From assembly GCF_009914755.1 (NCBI RefSeq), contig NC_060945.1: a stretch of DNA of 64,000 bases, one strand, 5' to 3'. The notes below the pieces were generated by a model. The model made no database searches, had not been told where the DNA came from, and saw only the letters and a list, made by a program, of their open reading frames with translations. The translations under genes and the position numbers were made by a program. Position 1 is the stretch's first letter; each line of letters starts with the position of its first letter. Below are positions 27,006 through 41,102 of the stretch, in pieces. The stretch comes from the human T2T-CHM13v2.0 reference genome, Homo sapiens.

Positions 27006-27288
27006 AGACGGAGTCTCGCTCTGTCGCCCACGCTGGAGTGCAGTGGCGCGATCTCGGCTCACTGCAAGCTCTGCCTCCCGAGTTCACACCATTCTCCTGC
27101 CTCAGCCTTCTGAGTAGCTGGGACTACAGGCACCCGCCACCAGATCTGGATAATTTTTTTTGTATTTTTTAGTAGAGACAGGGTTTCACAGTGTTAGCCA
27201 GGATGGTCTCCATCTCCTGACCTCGTGATCCGCCTGCCTCGGCCTCCCAAAGTGCTGGGATTACAGGCGTGAGCCACCGCACCTGACC
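26972..27288 (-). mobile_element. AluY with long homopolymer tail
   Basis: AluY diagnostics; ~33-nt pure T tail. Confidence 0.96.
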
Positions 27289-27759
27289 TGAAATATTTCT
27301 AAATATCACAGAAAAAGAAATGTCCAGTGATAATCTAATATATGGTGCTTAGACAGAAAATAAAAGGCACTCACTGGATTACATTTTTCTAAGCAATTTT
27401 AGAAGAGTATCGTTATGTATTTTTTCTAGTATTTTAAAATACATGTTTTTACTACAACATTTTTGCAAGAGGCAAGTGTGTATTGGCCCTGTAAAGACTG
27501 TGGAAAATTATTTCAGTGTGATTCACTATGAAAATACTAAATCAGCATTACTAGCAGGGGTGCTCCATCAATGGTGCACAAGAGAATGGCTAAGTATTGA
27601 TTTTCTTCCCCGACAGGGGTCCCAACCTCATTTTACCAATATGCCTGAAGTTCTCCCTTCTGTTTTCTAGTTTGTTCTGCCAAGTTCCATAAAATTGTAT
27701 TCCATCATATTTGTTCGCTATTACTTCCTTAAATATTTCTATCAGAAAGTCCGTATAGC

Positions 27760-28000
27760 TTTAGGACATGAGCTTTGGCAATATAAACGTGGTTCAAATT
27801 TTAGCTCCATTTCCACTCTTTACTGGTTTGCAACCTGTTGAAGTTACTTAAACTCTCCGAACTTCAACTGCCTCATCTGTGAAATGGGAGTAATCAAAAT
27901 TTACTCATAGAACTTTGTTAGGATAATAAAAGAAAAGAAAAATGCAAAGGGTGCTGCCCATTGCCTGCCACATGCTAATTATATAATCTAATAAATGTTG
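27760..28000. mobile_element. MIR
   Basis: Core aagttacttaaactctc...ctcatctgtgaaatggg. Confidence 0.8.
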
Positions 28001-30269
28001 TCTTCATTGTTACTCTAATTATGACTACCATAAAATTAGTAGTTTTGCATCATATAAAACTACAGAATCTACAATTAGTTGTGCAAATATTCTACTTCAG
28101 ACTAGAAGTAAATATACAGAAAATTTCTTTTTCAGTTTAACAATTCAAATGTTAAAAATAACTTTAAAAATCAGAAAAGGAAAATTTACATTTGTGAATT
28201 CAATTATGTTCCAAAAACAATAGCTATATATGTTTATCTCAGTGGAATTACTTGTGTATATTTGTACTTTTCCAAGTCATGTACTCCGTTAAAATATTTT
28301 GTCCGAGGAAAATGATGGTCTGCAACAGGTGCAATGTCTATTCAACATCATCTATAGTCCAGTCTCTTCTATGCTGTAAATGGATCATGAGCAGACAGAT
28401 GACAGTGGTAGATAAATTGTGTTTCAATACGTAGTTTCTTTCACATCTCTGGAAGAGCTACTATATAATAATTTTACTACCACCTAACTAAAGGTGTTTG
28501 CTCTTATATTTAGAGCACTCACAAATGAAAATGTCCTGAACCTGACCACGTGGATACAATAAATTCAACTAAAATATTCTATATTAGAATATATAATAGG
28601 TAAATCATTTTAACCTTCCAAGAATTCAAACAACATTGTTTTATAAAAAGTATTATCTCTTGCTTATAGGAGAGGTATTCTCATGATAAATACTAAATTA
28701 GTATATAGATATTATAGAATTATTTCATCAATGTACGATAAAGTGTATTCAAATTTGAGTTCTCAAAAGACTTTTCAATTGCAATCCTTCATTGTGAATC
28801 CAGTCTTTCTTGGCCAGAAATATCAGCACTGTAATTAAAACATACGTTTTAGTTAAATGGATATCTGAGGCTTCGAGAGAGAATATATTTCAAAGTTAAG
28901 TAAGGAGATTTAATTATTTTTAAAAAGGCAATAATAACAAATTCGCCATAGCTATAGCTTATTCATATGTACGAGTGTGTATTGTTTGTTGAAATCTGTA
29001 TGAAAAATGGTTTCATGAATATGCTTTAGGAAATTAAACATTTTAGTTGACATATAATAGTCTAAGAATATTATAAAGTGATTATAAATCTGTAAATCAA
29101 TGGAAACATTTACGTTATTTTGACAAATAGTATAAATATTAAAACTTTGTAGGGCTTAATCAGATAATATTCAATATCATAATGAAGTTCAGTTCATCAA
29201 TTCAGACTCTATTGCAATATATGAAGTATTCAAAAGAGAAGAGAACCCCAGAATTAGTTGTATTTTAGTTTTGTATTTTCATGTTTATATGAAATATGGG
29301 GGCTTAAAATTTTATTGAATTTAGAAAAGTTCAAATGGTCAATTTTTGAAGACTTAAATCAGAACTCTACAAAATTATATTGCTTTCATCTTCCTTGATC
29401 TCTGGCTCAACTGAGTGGTTAAAAGCATCACCTTGCAAGTGGATTCAGCACATACCTGAGTTAATCTTTATACATTTACTCTCTACAGGAATAGCACATC
29501 CTAATTTTTCTGCAAAAGTGGAGTGTATATGACAGTAGGGTTGGGGGCGGGGATGAATAAATGTTTATAAAAGTACACTGAAATTTCATTTTTGCTAGAT
29601 GATTTCTATCTGATGAAAGATTTCTACAAGAAATAGCATACCTAAAAAATTATTTTGGAAGCAAACATCAGTAGTTTCATTTGTATGTATTTCTTTTCAT
29701 TCACATAAAAGACTTTTAATGTTCCTGAGCATGGCTTTGTAATCAAAACTCTTACCATACAGAAAATGCTGTAGATTGGATCCAGAATAAGCATAAACAA
29801 ATATACTAAAGACTTACGTAAAATGAAGTTGTTTGAAAAAAAATTAATACACCTGAAGGAAAAAGTGTTCTATTTCACATTTAAGTTCTGCTTATGGGAA
29901 ATAAAATTGTTGATCTATTGCTATATGGTTCCTTAAAATTAATTGCACCTGTTACCAATTATTTGTCATTTCACAAATGTCAACATATAAAGAATATGGT
30001 TACAAAATGTTGGAGATGCCAACAAATTTGAGTTACAGCACAAAGGGCCCAGAAACACGATTTTGAATACGAAATACTGTCTTACACTAAATTAGATCTT
30101 GCTTACTGTAATTTAAATTTGTCCTGTTTCTCCCCAGTGACCTAAACTTAGCTCTTTTGCTACACATTTCTATGTTGCTTATAGAAAATTTATCGCATAT
30201 TTTTTGTTATTTTTAATTGTTATCCTGTCTGAATGTAGTGTCTGGAGTGAACAAAAGACCATTTTCACA

Positions 30270-30566
30270 TTGGTTTGTTTTTTGAGACGGGGTCTCACTC
30301 TTACCCAGGCTGGAGTGCAGTGGCATGATCTTGGCTCACTGCAACCTCTGCCTCCTGGTACTCGAGCAATCCTTCCACCTCAGCCTTGTGGGTAGCTGGG
30401 ACTACAGGTGCTTGCCACCATGCCCAGCTAATTTTTTGTGTTTTCTGGTGGAGACAGGGTTTCACCATGTTGCCCATGCTGGTCTCAAACTCCTGAACTC
30501 AAGTGATCTTTCTACCTTGGCCTCCCAAAGTGCTGCTATTACAGGCATTAGCCACCACGTACAGCC
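30270..30566 (-). mobile_element. AluJ/S
   Basis: Alu dimer; flanking repeat cattttcacatt. Confidence 0.93.
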
Positions 30567-30640
30567 TCATTTTCACATTTTAAATATTCAACAATAAAAA
30601 CATAATATCAACTTTTATTTAAATTTGCCATACTGACTTA

Positions 30641-30844
<204 letters not shown>

Positions 30845-32456
30845 TTAAACAGAAAAGAAAATAAATTACCTTCCCTCAATTATAGAAGTAGGATTTCTGA
30901 ACTATGTATTTAGGAACTGCTACATGTTGATATTTCTTGCAGGAGTAAGACAATGTTCAAAATCTGGGAAAGTCAAATGTAGTTAGCAGCTTGTAATAGT
31001 GACTAAACTTTCATACAATTCTGAGTGTAAAGGCAGAAAGGGCTTTAGATTTTATGTCAATATGTTAAGGTATAGAGTGAGTATAATCTCTAACATTTAT
31101 TCATTTAAATTTAACTATTTTAACACACATGCACACACACACACAATTCAGTAAACACATACTAGAAAATTAGAAATGGAAAGAAAAGATGGATTAGATA
31201 AAGTAATAAACTATATACTATCAATAAATGTGAGAAACATTAAAAGTGAATGATCAAGTATGTGGGTTATTGTATAAGGAGGGGTCTGGCTGAGGCTCCT
31301 GTTTTGCAGTTTGAGTGACTGGGAAACAGTGATATCTCTATTATGATTATTAGACCAAGGTAATGGAAAAATATCTGCAGACTGAGTACAATTAAGAGAT
31401 TTTACCTCTTTCAGCTCTCACAAGATATTCCAGTGATCAAAAGCAACAATAGATACAGTCCTTTGTCTATGTTCAGTGTTAATAAAATGACCAGATTTTT
31501 GTTCATCCAATGTTGGAGGTTGCAGGCTGAATTTTGCATTAGGAAGATTATTGAGAGGAAGAAAAAGGGACAGTCTTTTCATTTTTCAAAAGTAAGAAAA
31601 AATGATGAAGGCTGAGAAATCTTGAACCAAGTTGTCCTACTACACCAAACGGTCCCCAGGTATACACTTCTTTGAATTAGAATATTTCAGTGAATATAGA
31701 AGTAAAATGTGTGATTTTCTCCAGGCACAATACTTGCTCCAGAGAATAGAGTTGGGCTAGAAAGATATAAATCAACTTGGTTGTCTGTGAAATACATTTC
31801 TGCATAAATTATCACCAACTAAAAGCTTAGCCATAATTTGTCACAATTCCATTTGGAGGAATTCAGAATTTGCCTTGATTGTTTATATATAGTTTTATAT
31901 ATAATTATGCTATATTTGTCACGGCTAAGAAATCAGAATTGATACATTACTCTAAACTAAACATGATGCTATATTCAAATTTTCCTAGCTTTTCCACCAA
32001 TATTTTTTCCTGTTCCATTATTCATTCCAGGATATCACATTGCATTTATTTTTTCATGTCCCCTTTGTCTCCTGTGGTCTGTGATCGTTTCTCTGTGTTT
32101 TCTTTCTTCTTTTTGACTACCTTGACAAGTTTTGAAGACTAATGGACAGATGTGTCGTTCCTTACCTTGGACTTAACTGATGGCTTTCTCATTTTTAGAC
32201 AAGAGTTATGGATTTGGAGGGAAGAATACCATGGAGATCAGTGTCCTTCTTCCCACATCTATCAGTAGGTATGTGGCATCAACATGATGTTATTAGTGAT
32301 GTCAGCCTTGAACATTTGGTTTAGATACTGTCTGCCAGATTTCTCCAAATAAAGTTAAATTTTTATCCTTTCCACATCATATTTTTTGATACGAAAATCA
32401 TTATGTCTTGCTGAAATTCAAGGGTGAAAATTTAGCCCCACCTCCTGGAGTGGGAG

Positions 32457-32530
32457 TATCTATCTATCGATCATCTATCATCTATTCATCTATTTATTTA
32501 TCTATTATCTATCTATCTACTTATCTATCT
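32457..32530. repeat. Degenerate (TATC)n microsatellite
   Basis: Repeated tatc/atct units. Confidence 0.85.
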
Positions 32531-32734
32531 TAGTTTTATCAGGCTGTCATAACGAAATAGCACAGATTGTGTGTCTTAAACCACATAAATTAGTTTTATC
32601 ACAGTTCTGGATGCTGGGAGTCCCAGATCAATGTGCACGCAGGTTCAGTCTTCCCTGAGGCCTCCCTTCCTGGCCTGCAGATGGCTGCCCTCTGGCTGTC
32701 TCTTCTGAGGGTTGTCCCTCTGTGTGCAAGCACT

Positions 32735-32772
<38 letters not shown>

Positions 32773-32951
32773 AATCTCTTCTTTTTAAAAGGATACTAGT
32801 CAGATTGAATTAAAGCCCACCCTAATGGCCTCACTTTAACTTAATCACCTTTGTAGAAAGAAGCCCTATCTCAAAATATAGTCACATCTGGGGTAATGGG
32901 ATTACGGCTTGAGCACATGAATTTTTGGAAATCTCAATACAGTCCATAATA
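32525..32951 (-). mobile_element. MLT1A/B-type LTR containing (CT)n
   Basis: tcttagtttt...ggctgtcataacgaaatagcacaga start, cagtccataata end; (CT)n at 32739-32769. Confidence 0.85.
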
Positions 32952-33849
32952 TGATCTTTCAATTAGCTGTAATTCTTCTGTAAGAAAGAGTTTCTCCTTC
33001 TCCTCTACTTATTCATCATTTATTTACATTAGCATGGACTCAATTATTTTACACTTTGGGTTATAGTTCAATGCTACATTATTTATCTTGTTGATCACAT
33101 TTTTTCCAGCTTCAGATGTCAGGGGTGTGTCCACATTGGCCCTGGGGTTCCCTTGACAAGCCTGCATCTTTTCCAAAAAATGTGTTGAGCACTTCTTTAC
33201 TTTCTGATACTTGAATTGGTGATTTCTTCATATCAACTTGCGCTACTCCAAATACTGAACAGTGAAAGAAGTAATGTATGTTAATTATACACATGTTTCA
33301 TTGACCAAAGCCAGTCACATTCCTTCAAGGAATGTGATATGATGGAAGGTTAAGCAAGTATGATGGAGGACTAAGGTAGCTATTCATGTTTCTGAGATAA
33401 AAGAAACACAATTATAAATATATTGTACTGAGAAATATGAATTCTATTTTTGTTTGTTTTTCTTCTGGTTACTTTTTAATATTTGTAACTTCTTTGAGGC
33501 AACAATGTTCTTACTTTTTAAAGAACATTTTTTAATGAGTTTTCCAAATGACCTTTAACGTAATAATTATTTGATTATTTACCTTTTAAAAACTTCATTT
33601 TAGTTTTTACTATCTTTGCCAAGGTTTTGGGGCAGTTGCTTGCAACTAAAACAAGAATTGTGAATAGCTTTAGATAATGGTTTTGAAAACATGTCTAGAA
33701 TATATGAATCGATTGCTAACTGACAGCAAAGATTATGGTTCTCAATAATAGTATCATAAAAATTAAGATAAAGGTTGAATCATTTTTATGGTTCCATGAA
33801 TTAAAATTATACTGGAATGATAGGAGACATACATCATTAGTGACTTTGC

Positions 33850-34060
33850 CATGAACAGAGTTTTAGCATTAAGATGTTAATAGGAATTATGTAGAGGAAA
33901 AGAAGGCTTTGTGGTCAAATAAGTGGGAAATTCTAGGTAAAATGAAGTAAGCAAGTTTATTTACTGTTGGATTTCTCAAGACTTCCATTAAACTAAATGT
34001 GTTTTATGCATTTTATGAAAAACATTTGTATACAATATTTGCCAAAGTATTTGAATGTAT
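33850..34060. mobile_element. MER103-like DNA transposon relic
   Basis: gtggtcaaataagtgggaaa...tttactgttggatttctcaagac resembles recalled consensus. Confidence 0.5.
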
Positions 34061-35548
34061 GGTTAGTCTTCATCCAGAAAAAGCAAAACCAAAAACAAAG
34101 GTTTATAATATAGGGAGTATATTTCGTAGGTCACCCCAGAGAACAGGAATTGGGAACAGAGAATGAAAAAAATAAAATACAAAGTTTAGTTATCAAGTTG
34201 GTTACTAATATGGTTGGCTAATGTTGATCTCACCTGTGACCTTTTAAGAAATAATATTAAATGTATCTTAGAACTGACTGCTAGCAGCATGAAACAAGAA
34301 AGATTTGTCCACCAATATATATCCCTATTAGATCAATGATGACTCTATTGGGGTAACTCTTTTGAACAGCCGGGTTCACATATTTGGATGTCAGAGTGCT
34401 TCCTAAAAGCAGTCTCTATTTGTTATGTCAGATAAGTCCTTGGGTGAAAAATAGAGGTAGAAGGTCTAGGTCTAAGTGAAAACTGATAAGGTGCACCAGT
34501 GTAAAAATAGTTAAAGCCTACTCAGAATTGGTTGCTGAATCAAAGCTAAACATGATCAGATAAAAGTTAGAACACAGGGAATTGATACATTGAAGGACAT
34601 GTTCCCTGTGCAAACCTAGCACCCTGTAGGATGAAGGTCACCACTTTTGGAAAATCTAATTTCAATAATCTGTAGTAAAATATATATTCTTTGGAGAAAG
34701 CTGTAGGAGAATACGCTTTGAGAGTCAACTTAATTTTCTCATGATGGTTAAATTTATTTAAGTAAATCTTATAATTAACACACCATGTAAGTAAAAACAC
34801 TAATAAAACATAATGAAAATATTGTTAATAATAATCATAACTTTAAAAAATGTTATTAAGGACAGTATATTGAATACCTTCATCTTTACTCAAATTTAGA
34901 AATATTTTTTCATATATTTAAATGTGATACTAATGATGAATGATCAAGATGAGTTAATGAAGCAAATAAGTCTTACAAAAATATATAATGAATCTCAGTA
35001 ATGATGAATCTTCATAGAATTTGCAAGAATAAAAAGATATAAATAAAGTTCTAATTTGGCCTCTGGATGCAGTGAATTGTCATAAACTTTAACGGAGCCA
35101 TTGCATTATAAAATGACAAAATATTAGTTCTTTAAATGTATGTGTATGTACATATGTATATATGTTTGTATGTAAATACATGTGTACATAGACACAAACA
35201 CACATTCATTTCTTAGAAATAAACTTATTTGCTATAAGCAAATTCTATAGTAACTTTTTGTTTACTCATTGAGAACACATTCATGATATATAATGGGAGT
35301 ATTATTACTTTCATAGGCGTAATATCTGTACCTCCATTAAAAGCAAAACTACAAAAAGCCATTTAACAATACAAGTTGTTGTTCACAATGATAAACATCT
35401 ATCAAGCAATCAGACTATCGAGGTTACTTCAAAAATATGAAAAAAGAAACATCAAAAAGGAAAAGCAATTTAGAAATGAAAGGGAATGAAAAGCTAAAAT
35501 ACTGAGTTCTAATCCCCTGGAATATGCAGGGGTTTGTGCCTTTATGGG

Positions 35549-35875
35549 TTTGTTGTTGTTGTTGTTGTTGTTGTTGTTTTTGCTTTTGTTTTTTTTGAGA
35601 TGGAGTCTCGCTCTGTCTCCCAGGCTGGAGTGCAGTGGCGCAATCTCAGCTCACTGCAACCTCCACCTACCAGGTTCAGCCATTCTCCTGCCTCAGCCTC
35701 CCGAGTAGCTGGGATTACAGGCACCTGCCACCACGCACAGCTAATTTTTTGTATTTTTAGTAGAGATGGGGTTTCCCCGTGTTAGCCAGGATGGTCTCGA
35801 TCTCCTGACCTCGTGATCCGCCCGCCTCAGCCTCCCAAAGTGCTGGGATTACAGGCGTGAGCCACCGCGCCTGGC
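35549..35875 (-). mobile_element. AluY/Sc with (TTG)n-expanded tail
   Basis: Alu dimer; (TTG)n at 35550-35578. Confidence 0.95.
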
Positions 35876-36923
35876 CACGAGTAAGTTTTATTGGCTTCCT
35901 GAACCCCTGTTTTCATAAACTAGATTTTGAAAAATACTGTATCTCTATTGAGCTGATGTAAATATTAAATGTGAAAGACATGCAAAATTTCCTAGCATAG
36001 AAAAGATATATTCCTGATCTTCAATGCATATTGTGTTTTATCCTGACAATAAAGATTACAGATACTGATATAAGTAAGCACACCAACATAAGGCATTTGA
36101 TAGTGCCTGACACAAAGTACAGACCCAATGTATTTTCTCTGAGTACATTTATGAATGAATGAACATACTCTTATGTATCCCCTAATGATTTCATCTAATT
36201 CCGTGATTGTGTCACCTAATGCAGGTTAACCTAGGTTATAAGAATATTTTCTACTCCATTGCTTGTGTCCATGGACACAAAGGGAAAAATTTACGTAGCA
36301 ATCATTTAGTTACTTTGACTTACCAAACAGTCCACATGGATTGGATAATTCTTCAACAAATAAGTAAATTGATATTACCCTAAAGCTAATGAAACATAAA
36401 CTATTTTTTTGAAACGTATCATCTACTTCAGGGTGCTTATAGAGTGTTCATCAGCTTCTCACTGTAAATAAATATATAATCTGTGTTGCTGGAGGATGAG
36501 ATTTCTATTGTAAAAAAGTTTGGAGAGGCATTCTGGGAAAATATATGGTGAAATCAATTGAAACATTCCCCAAACCTGGCCCCTTCTCCAAATCAAAATG
36601 GATAGTACAACTAGAGCAGCAAAACCAAAACCATAGAACATGTACAATAAAAACAGGTGACACATTGCTCCCTCAAACCTTTACGTATGAGTGGGGACTG
36701 ACAAACTAATGGCAACTAAATGGTTGGATGACTATTAAAATTATGCAGAAGATACAGAGGTAAACAACAACGTGTCTATCCACACCTGAGAAGCTCAGAA
36801 TGGCCAACAGATACTGTCTTGAAACCTCAGCAGAAAAATTTGAGAAGAGCGCTTGAAACTGGAGGGGAAGAGTATTTCTATATGCTACAGGATCAGGTGA
36901 AGGAAAAGAAAAAGTCTCATTTT

Positions 36924-37222
36924 AGCTAGGTGCGGTAGCTTGCCCCTGTAATCCCAGCACTTTGAGAGGCCGAGGTGGGAGGATTACCTGAGGTCAGGAG
37001 CTCAAGACCAGTCTGGCCAACACGGTGAAAACTTGTCTCTACTAAAAATACAAAAATTAGCTGAGTGTGGCGGTAGGCACCTGTAATCCCAGCCACTCAG
37101 GGGTCGGAGGCAGGAGAATTGCTTGAACCCAGGAGGCAGAGGTTTCAGTGAGCTGAGTTCATGCCACTGCACTCCAGACTGGATGACAGAGGAAGATCCT
37201 GTCTCAAAAAACAAAAAAAAAA
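36924..37222 (+). mobile_element. AluSx-like
   Basis: Alu dimer; TSD aaaaagt(c/t)tcatttt. Confidence 0.95.
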
Positions 37223-37731
37223 GTTTCATTTTTTAGATCAAGAAAGAATGGAATGCCAAACTCTCTTCCAGGACAAAGTCTGATACACAAGATAAACTTC
37301 TAAGGATGAAATTAAAATGGAGCAGAACACAATAAAATGAACATGATGAAGAGCTACAGGAATATACAGGAAGCAAGATTCTGAATGTTTTATCATTTCA
37401 TTAAGACAAACTAAGGGGTTTTCTTAAGATGTGAAGTCACTAAAGAAATTTTGAACCACTGCTCCTCTTTGTATGTACAGGAAAACCATTTTACATAAGA
37501 ACGAGTAACAGGAGTCAAGATAAATTTCATATGAAGCAATTATAACAGAAAAAAACACAATAACCTTCCTACAGACAACAAATGCATGCTAGAAAGACAT
37601 GCCAAAAACAGATGAGAACTGTGTTTCAAAACTGCCTAAAATAATTACACAAATATATATAAAAGGCATACCTTTACAACCCAGAAATGAGAGAACAGAA
37701 CTCAGAAAAACTAAAAATTACAGAAATGTCA

Positions 37732-38050
37732 AGGTCAGGCATGTTGGCTCACACTTGTAATCCCAGCACTTTGGGTGGGAGGTGAAGGCAGGAGGACAGC
37801 TTGAGGTCAGGAGTTTGAGACCAGCTTGGGCTACATAGGAAGAACCCCATTTGTACAAAAAAAAAAAAAACAAACAAACAAATTAAAAATTAGCTAAGCA
37901 TAGTGGCATGCCCTTGTGGTCCAACATATTCTGGAGGCTGAGGTAGGAAGAAAGCTTGAGCCCAGGAGTTCAAGGCTGCAGTGAGTTATGATGACGCTAC
38001 TGTACTCCACCCTAGGCAACAGAGCAAGACCCTGTCTCAAAAACAAAAAA
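37732..38050 (+). mobile_element. AluJ
   Basis: Diverged dimer with expanded central A tract. Confidence 0.9.
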
Positions 38051-38582
38051 ATTTAAAATCAGAATTGAAGACAAAAATAAAAGAAGAGATAAGAAAAAAG
38101 ACAACAAGGAATAAACAAATCAGATAATGCCCATGAGAAATGGCTAACGTGAAAAAATGTCCAAAAGAAATGGAGATAAGTGTGAAAATAAGTTGAGATC
38201 AACATAGAACCTAGTCAATGAAGATTCAGTCCATGTAAAATAGGTACTGCTGAAGAGCACCAAGGAAAGAGAAGAATATAAATGCTAAAAATGTTAACTA
38301 ACAAAAATTACCTTGAAAAGTAAAAGATCAGTCAGTAAAGGAAAATGTCAGTCAGTAGAAATTCATGAGGATTTATATTATATTTATATTTCCTAGCTTA
38401 GTCCGCTGGATATACCTAAAGCAATGGCCCATCCTAGTATCTAGATTAAGGTATCAGAATCTTGTTTCCACTAAGCCAAATGAATTGAAAAATTGTCTGC
38501 TTCAATGTGGATATAGATTGGCCACAGATGAAAAATGTTGACACTGAAGTGGGTAATAAGTGTAATAAATAAAGCCGCATCA

Positions 38583-38987
<405 letters not shown>

Positions 38988-39924
38988 TCAAAGTTGGTAA
39001 ATAAGGGAAAGAATCTACCATTTATTCTGCCTTTCCTATATTAACTGTGTCACTGAATGAGACATAGGCAAAATAAAACACTTTTAAAAGATATATTTTA
39101 GTCCTGTGAAGAAGTTTAGTGGAGAAGAAACTTTGGAATTAGGATAATGCTATTTTTGCAACCACTAATGAACGAAGTGAGAATCTGTGGCTGCTAATAT
39201 TACAAAATGAGAGACAATCAAATATCATATTATTCCTAATTGAAACAATCACATTACATTAAAATCTAACACACTGATTTTATGGGATAGTTCTGCTGTA
39301 TGCTATAGATAGAATAACTATAAAAAGCTCCTTTAATTTGCATCACTTATTCCCAATAATTATGCATGATTCCTTCTGATCTTCCCATATGGAATCAATT
39401 GCTTTTGCTATATATTAACCATATACAGTCTTTTTCTCTAGGACTCTAGAGGATACATATTCTAATGAGATTCAGTAAGTTTTAGAGGCAACGTAATCCA
39501 AGCATATGCAGAGAACAATTCATTTTCTCTATTTTAAGGTCCACAATTAACTTTAATGAGTATTTTTTCATTGTCCTTGGAGAACCTACCTGTCAGGTCA
39601 CCTTATGTGAGGGGGTGATTCAATAGGAGGTTCTTTGGGTACTTCAGTTACCAGATTCCTAATGTTACAATCTAACTTCTACTAGATATTGGAAAGGCTT
39701 CCCTGCATTTTATACACTCAATACTGAGTGCATTGGGTAGACCAGCATAGGAACTTCAGTGAATTCCTTTTGTTTACATCAATAATTATTATTCAGTTTC
39801 AACTTGAGAATAAAGTAAAGCCGAGAAAGAGATTCGTAAGGCCTTTGTAAACCCTTCTTAAATAAGCCTAGCTATAGGCATCATTAAATACTGACTAACC
39901 CAGTTGTACTTATAAAGGCTTAGC

Positions 39925-40245
39925 TCATTTAATTGTACTTTGCATATATTGTGTTATTTACAAATTGAAGGTTTCTGACAACTGTTTCTCAAGCAAGTCT
40001 ATTGGCATCATTTTTCCAACAGTATATGCTCACTTCCTGCCTCTGTGTCACAGTTTGGAAATTCTTACAATATGTTAAACTTTTTCACTATTAAATCTGT
40101 TATGGTGATCTGTGATCAGTGATCTTTGATGTTATGTTACAATTGTTTTGGGGCACCACAAACTGTGCCCATATAAGACCACAAATGTAATCAAGAAATG
40201 TGGTGTGTGTTCTAATTGCTCCACTGACTAGCAGTGTTTCCTTAT
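39925..40245 (+). mobile_element. Tigger1 5' fragment
   Basis: tttacaaattgaaggttt...agcaagtctattggc...ttatggtgatctgtgatcagtgatctttgatgtta...ggggcaccacaaactgtgcccatataagac. Confidence 0.88.
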
Positions 40246-40459
40246 CTGTGTGTGTTTTTGGGTGTGGTAGGGAAAGGGAAGTGATATTGAGCATAGATAA
40301 TTGCAAGTCCAAATACTCGGTTGCAAAGGTTATCTAGAGCTTTGGGAATTCTGAAGCAAGACAATCTGAATCAAACCCATTTGAAAGGTGTTGAAAGAAA
40401 GAAAAATAGAAAGTTTGTCTTTCAGACTTACCCTCAACATGCCAGCACAAATTCTGTCT

Positions 40460-40607
40460 TCTCTGCTGCCATATAAGATATGACCTGCTCCTCCTTGTCT
40501 TCTACCATCGTTGTAAGTCCTCCCCAGCCACATGAAACTGTGAGTCCATTAAACCTCTCTCTTTATAAATTACCCATTATCAGGTATGTCTTTATTAGCA
40601 GTGTGAA
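40460..40607 (+). mobile_element. THE1 LTR 3' fragment
   Basis: actgtgagtccattaaacctct...ggtatgtctttattagcagtgtga. Confidence 0.85.
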
Positions 40608-41102
40608 GAAAAAAAGAGTGAGGGAAAAATAGTAACAGGGATTTTCTCTTGCTTTTCTAGGTTTCCCAATCCAGATACACTGGTTCACTCTTGGCATTCT
40701 GGAAGCAGGGATGCCACTCCCACAATACCTGGGGTGGAATAGGTCACCTATTGAAAAATAAGAACAAAAACAAAAAACAAGAAATCATATGAAGATTCTC
40801 TCCACACTCACTAGTTTGCAGGACGCCTTTTCCTCCAGTGCTCTCACCAGAAATTCAGGCTGTCTTTGGAGTTTTTGTTAAGTGTGCCTGCTATGTAGTT
40901 GATCCATTTAGCCAGTCCCAGTCTCCTCTGCAAATCCAGGACATAAAATAAGAAAAAGGCCAAAGAAAGCTGATAATCACTATATAGTGGTTCTTCAAGT
41001 TTAAACTTCTTCAACTGCAGATATTATTTACACTTCAAATACTCAAGTAGTTGCTTTTGTATTTTGTCCGGTCTTTTTAGTTGTAATCTACAGAGGAGAT
41101 AT

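Larger units (their letters stand above)
31900..33210 (-). mobile_element. L1MC-type 3' UTR fragment with nested MLT1
   Basis: Typical L1MC 3' UTR text (ccaggatatcacattgcattta; cttgaacatttggtt...gtctgccagatttctcca). Confidence 0.7.

Noticed and set aside
28252-28460. Possible exon-like unique sequence
   Set aside because: No recognisable protein similarity or convincing splice-site pair by eye.
36490-38400. A-rich region possibly from old L1 5'/ORF1
   Set aside because: Probably L1M-derived but too degraded to set boundaries or family by eye.
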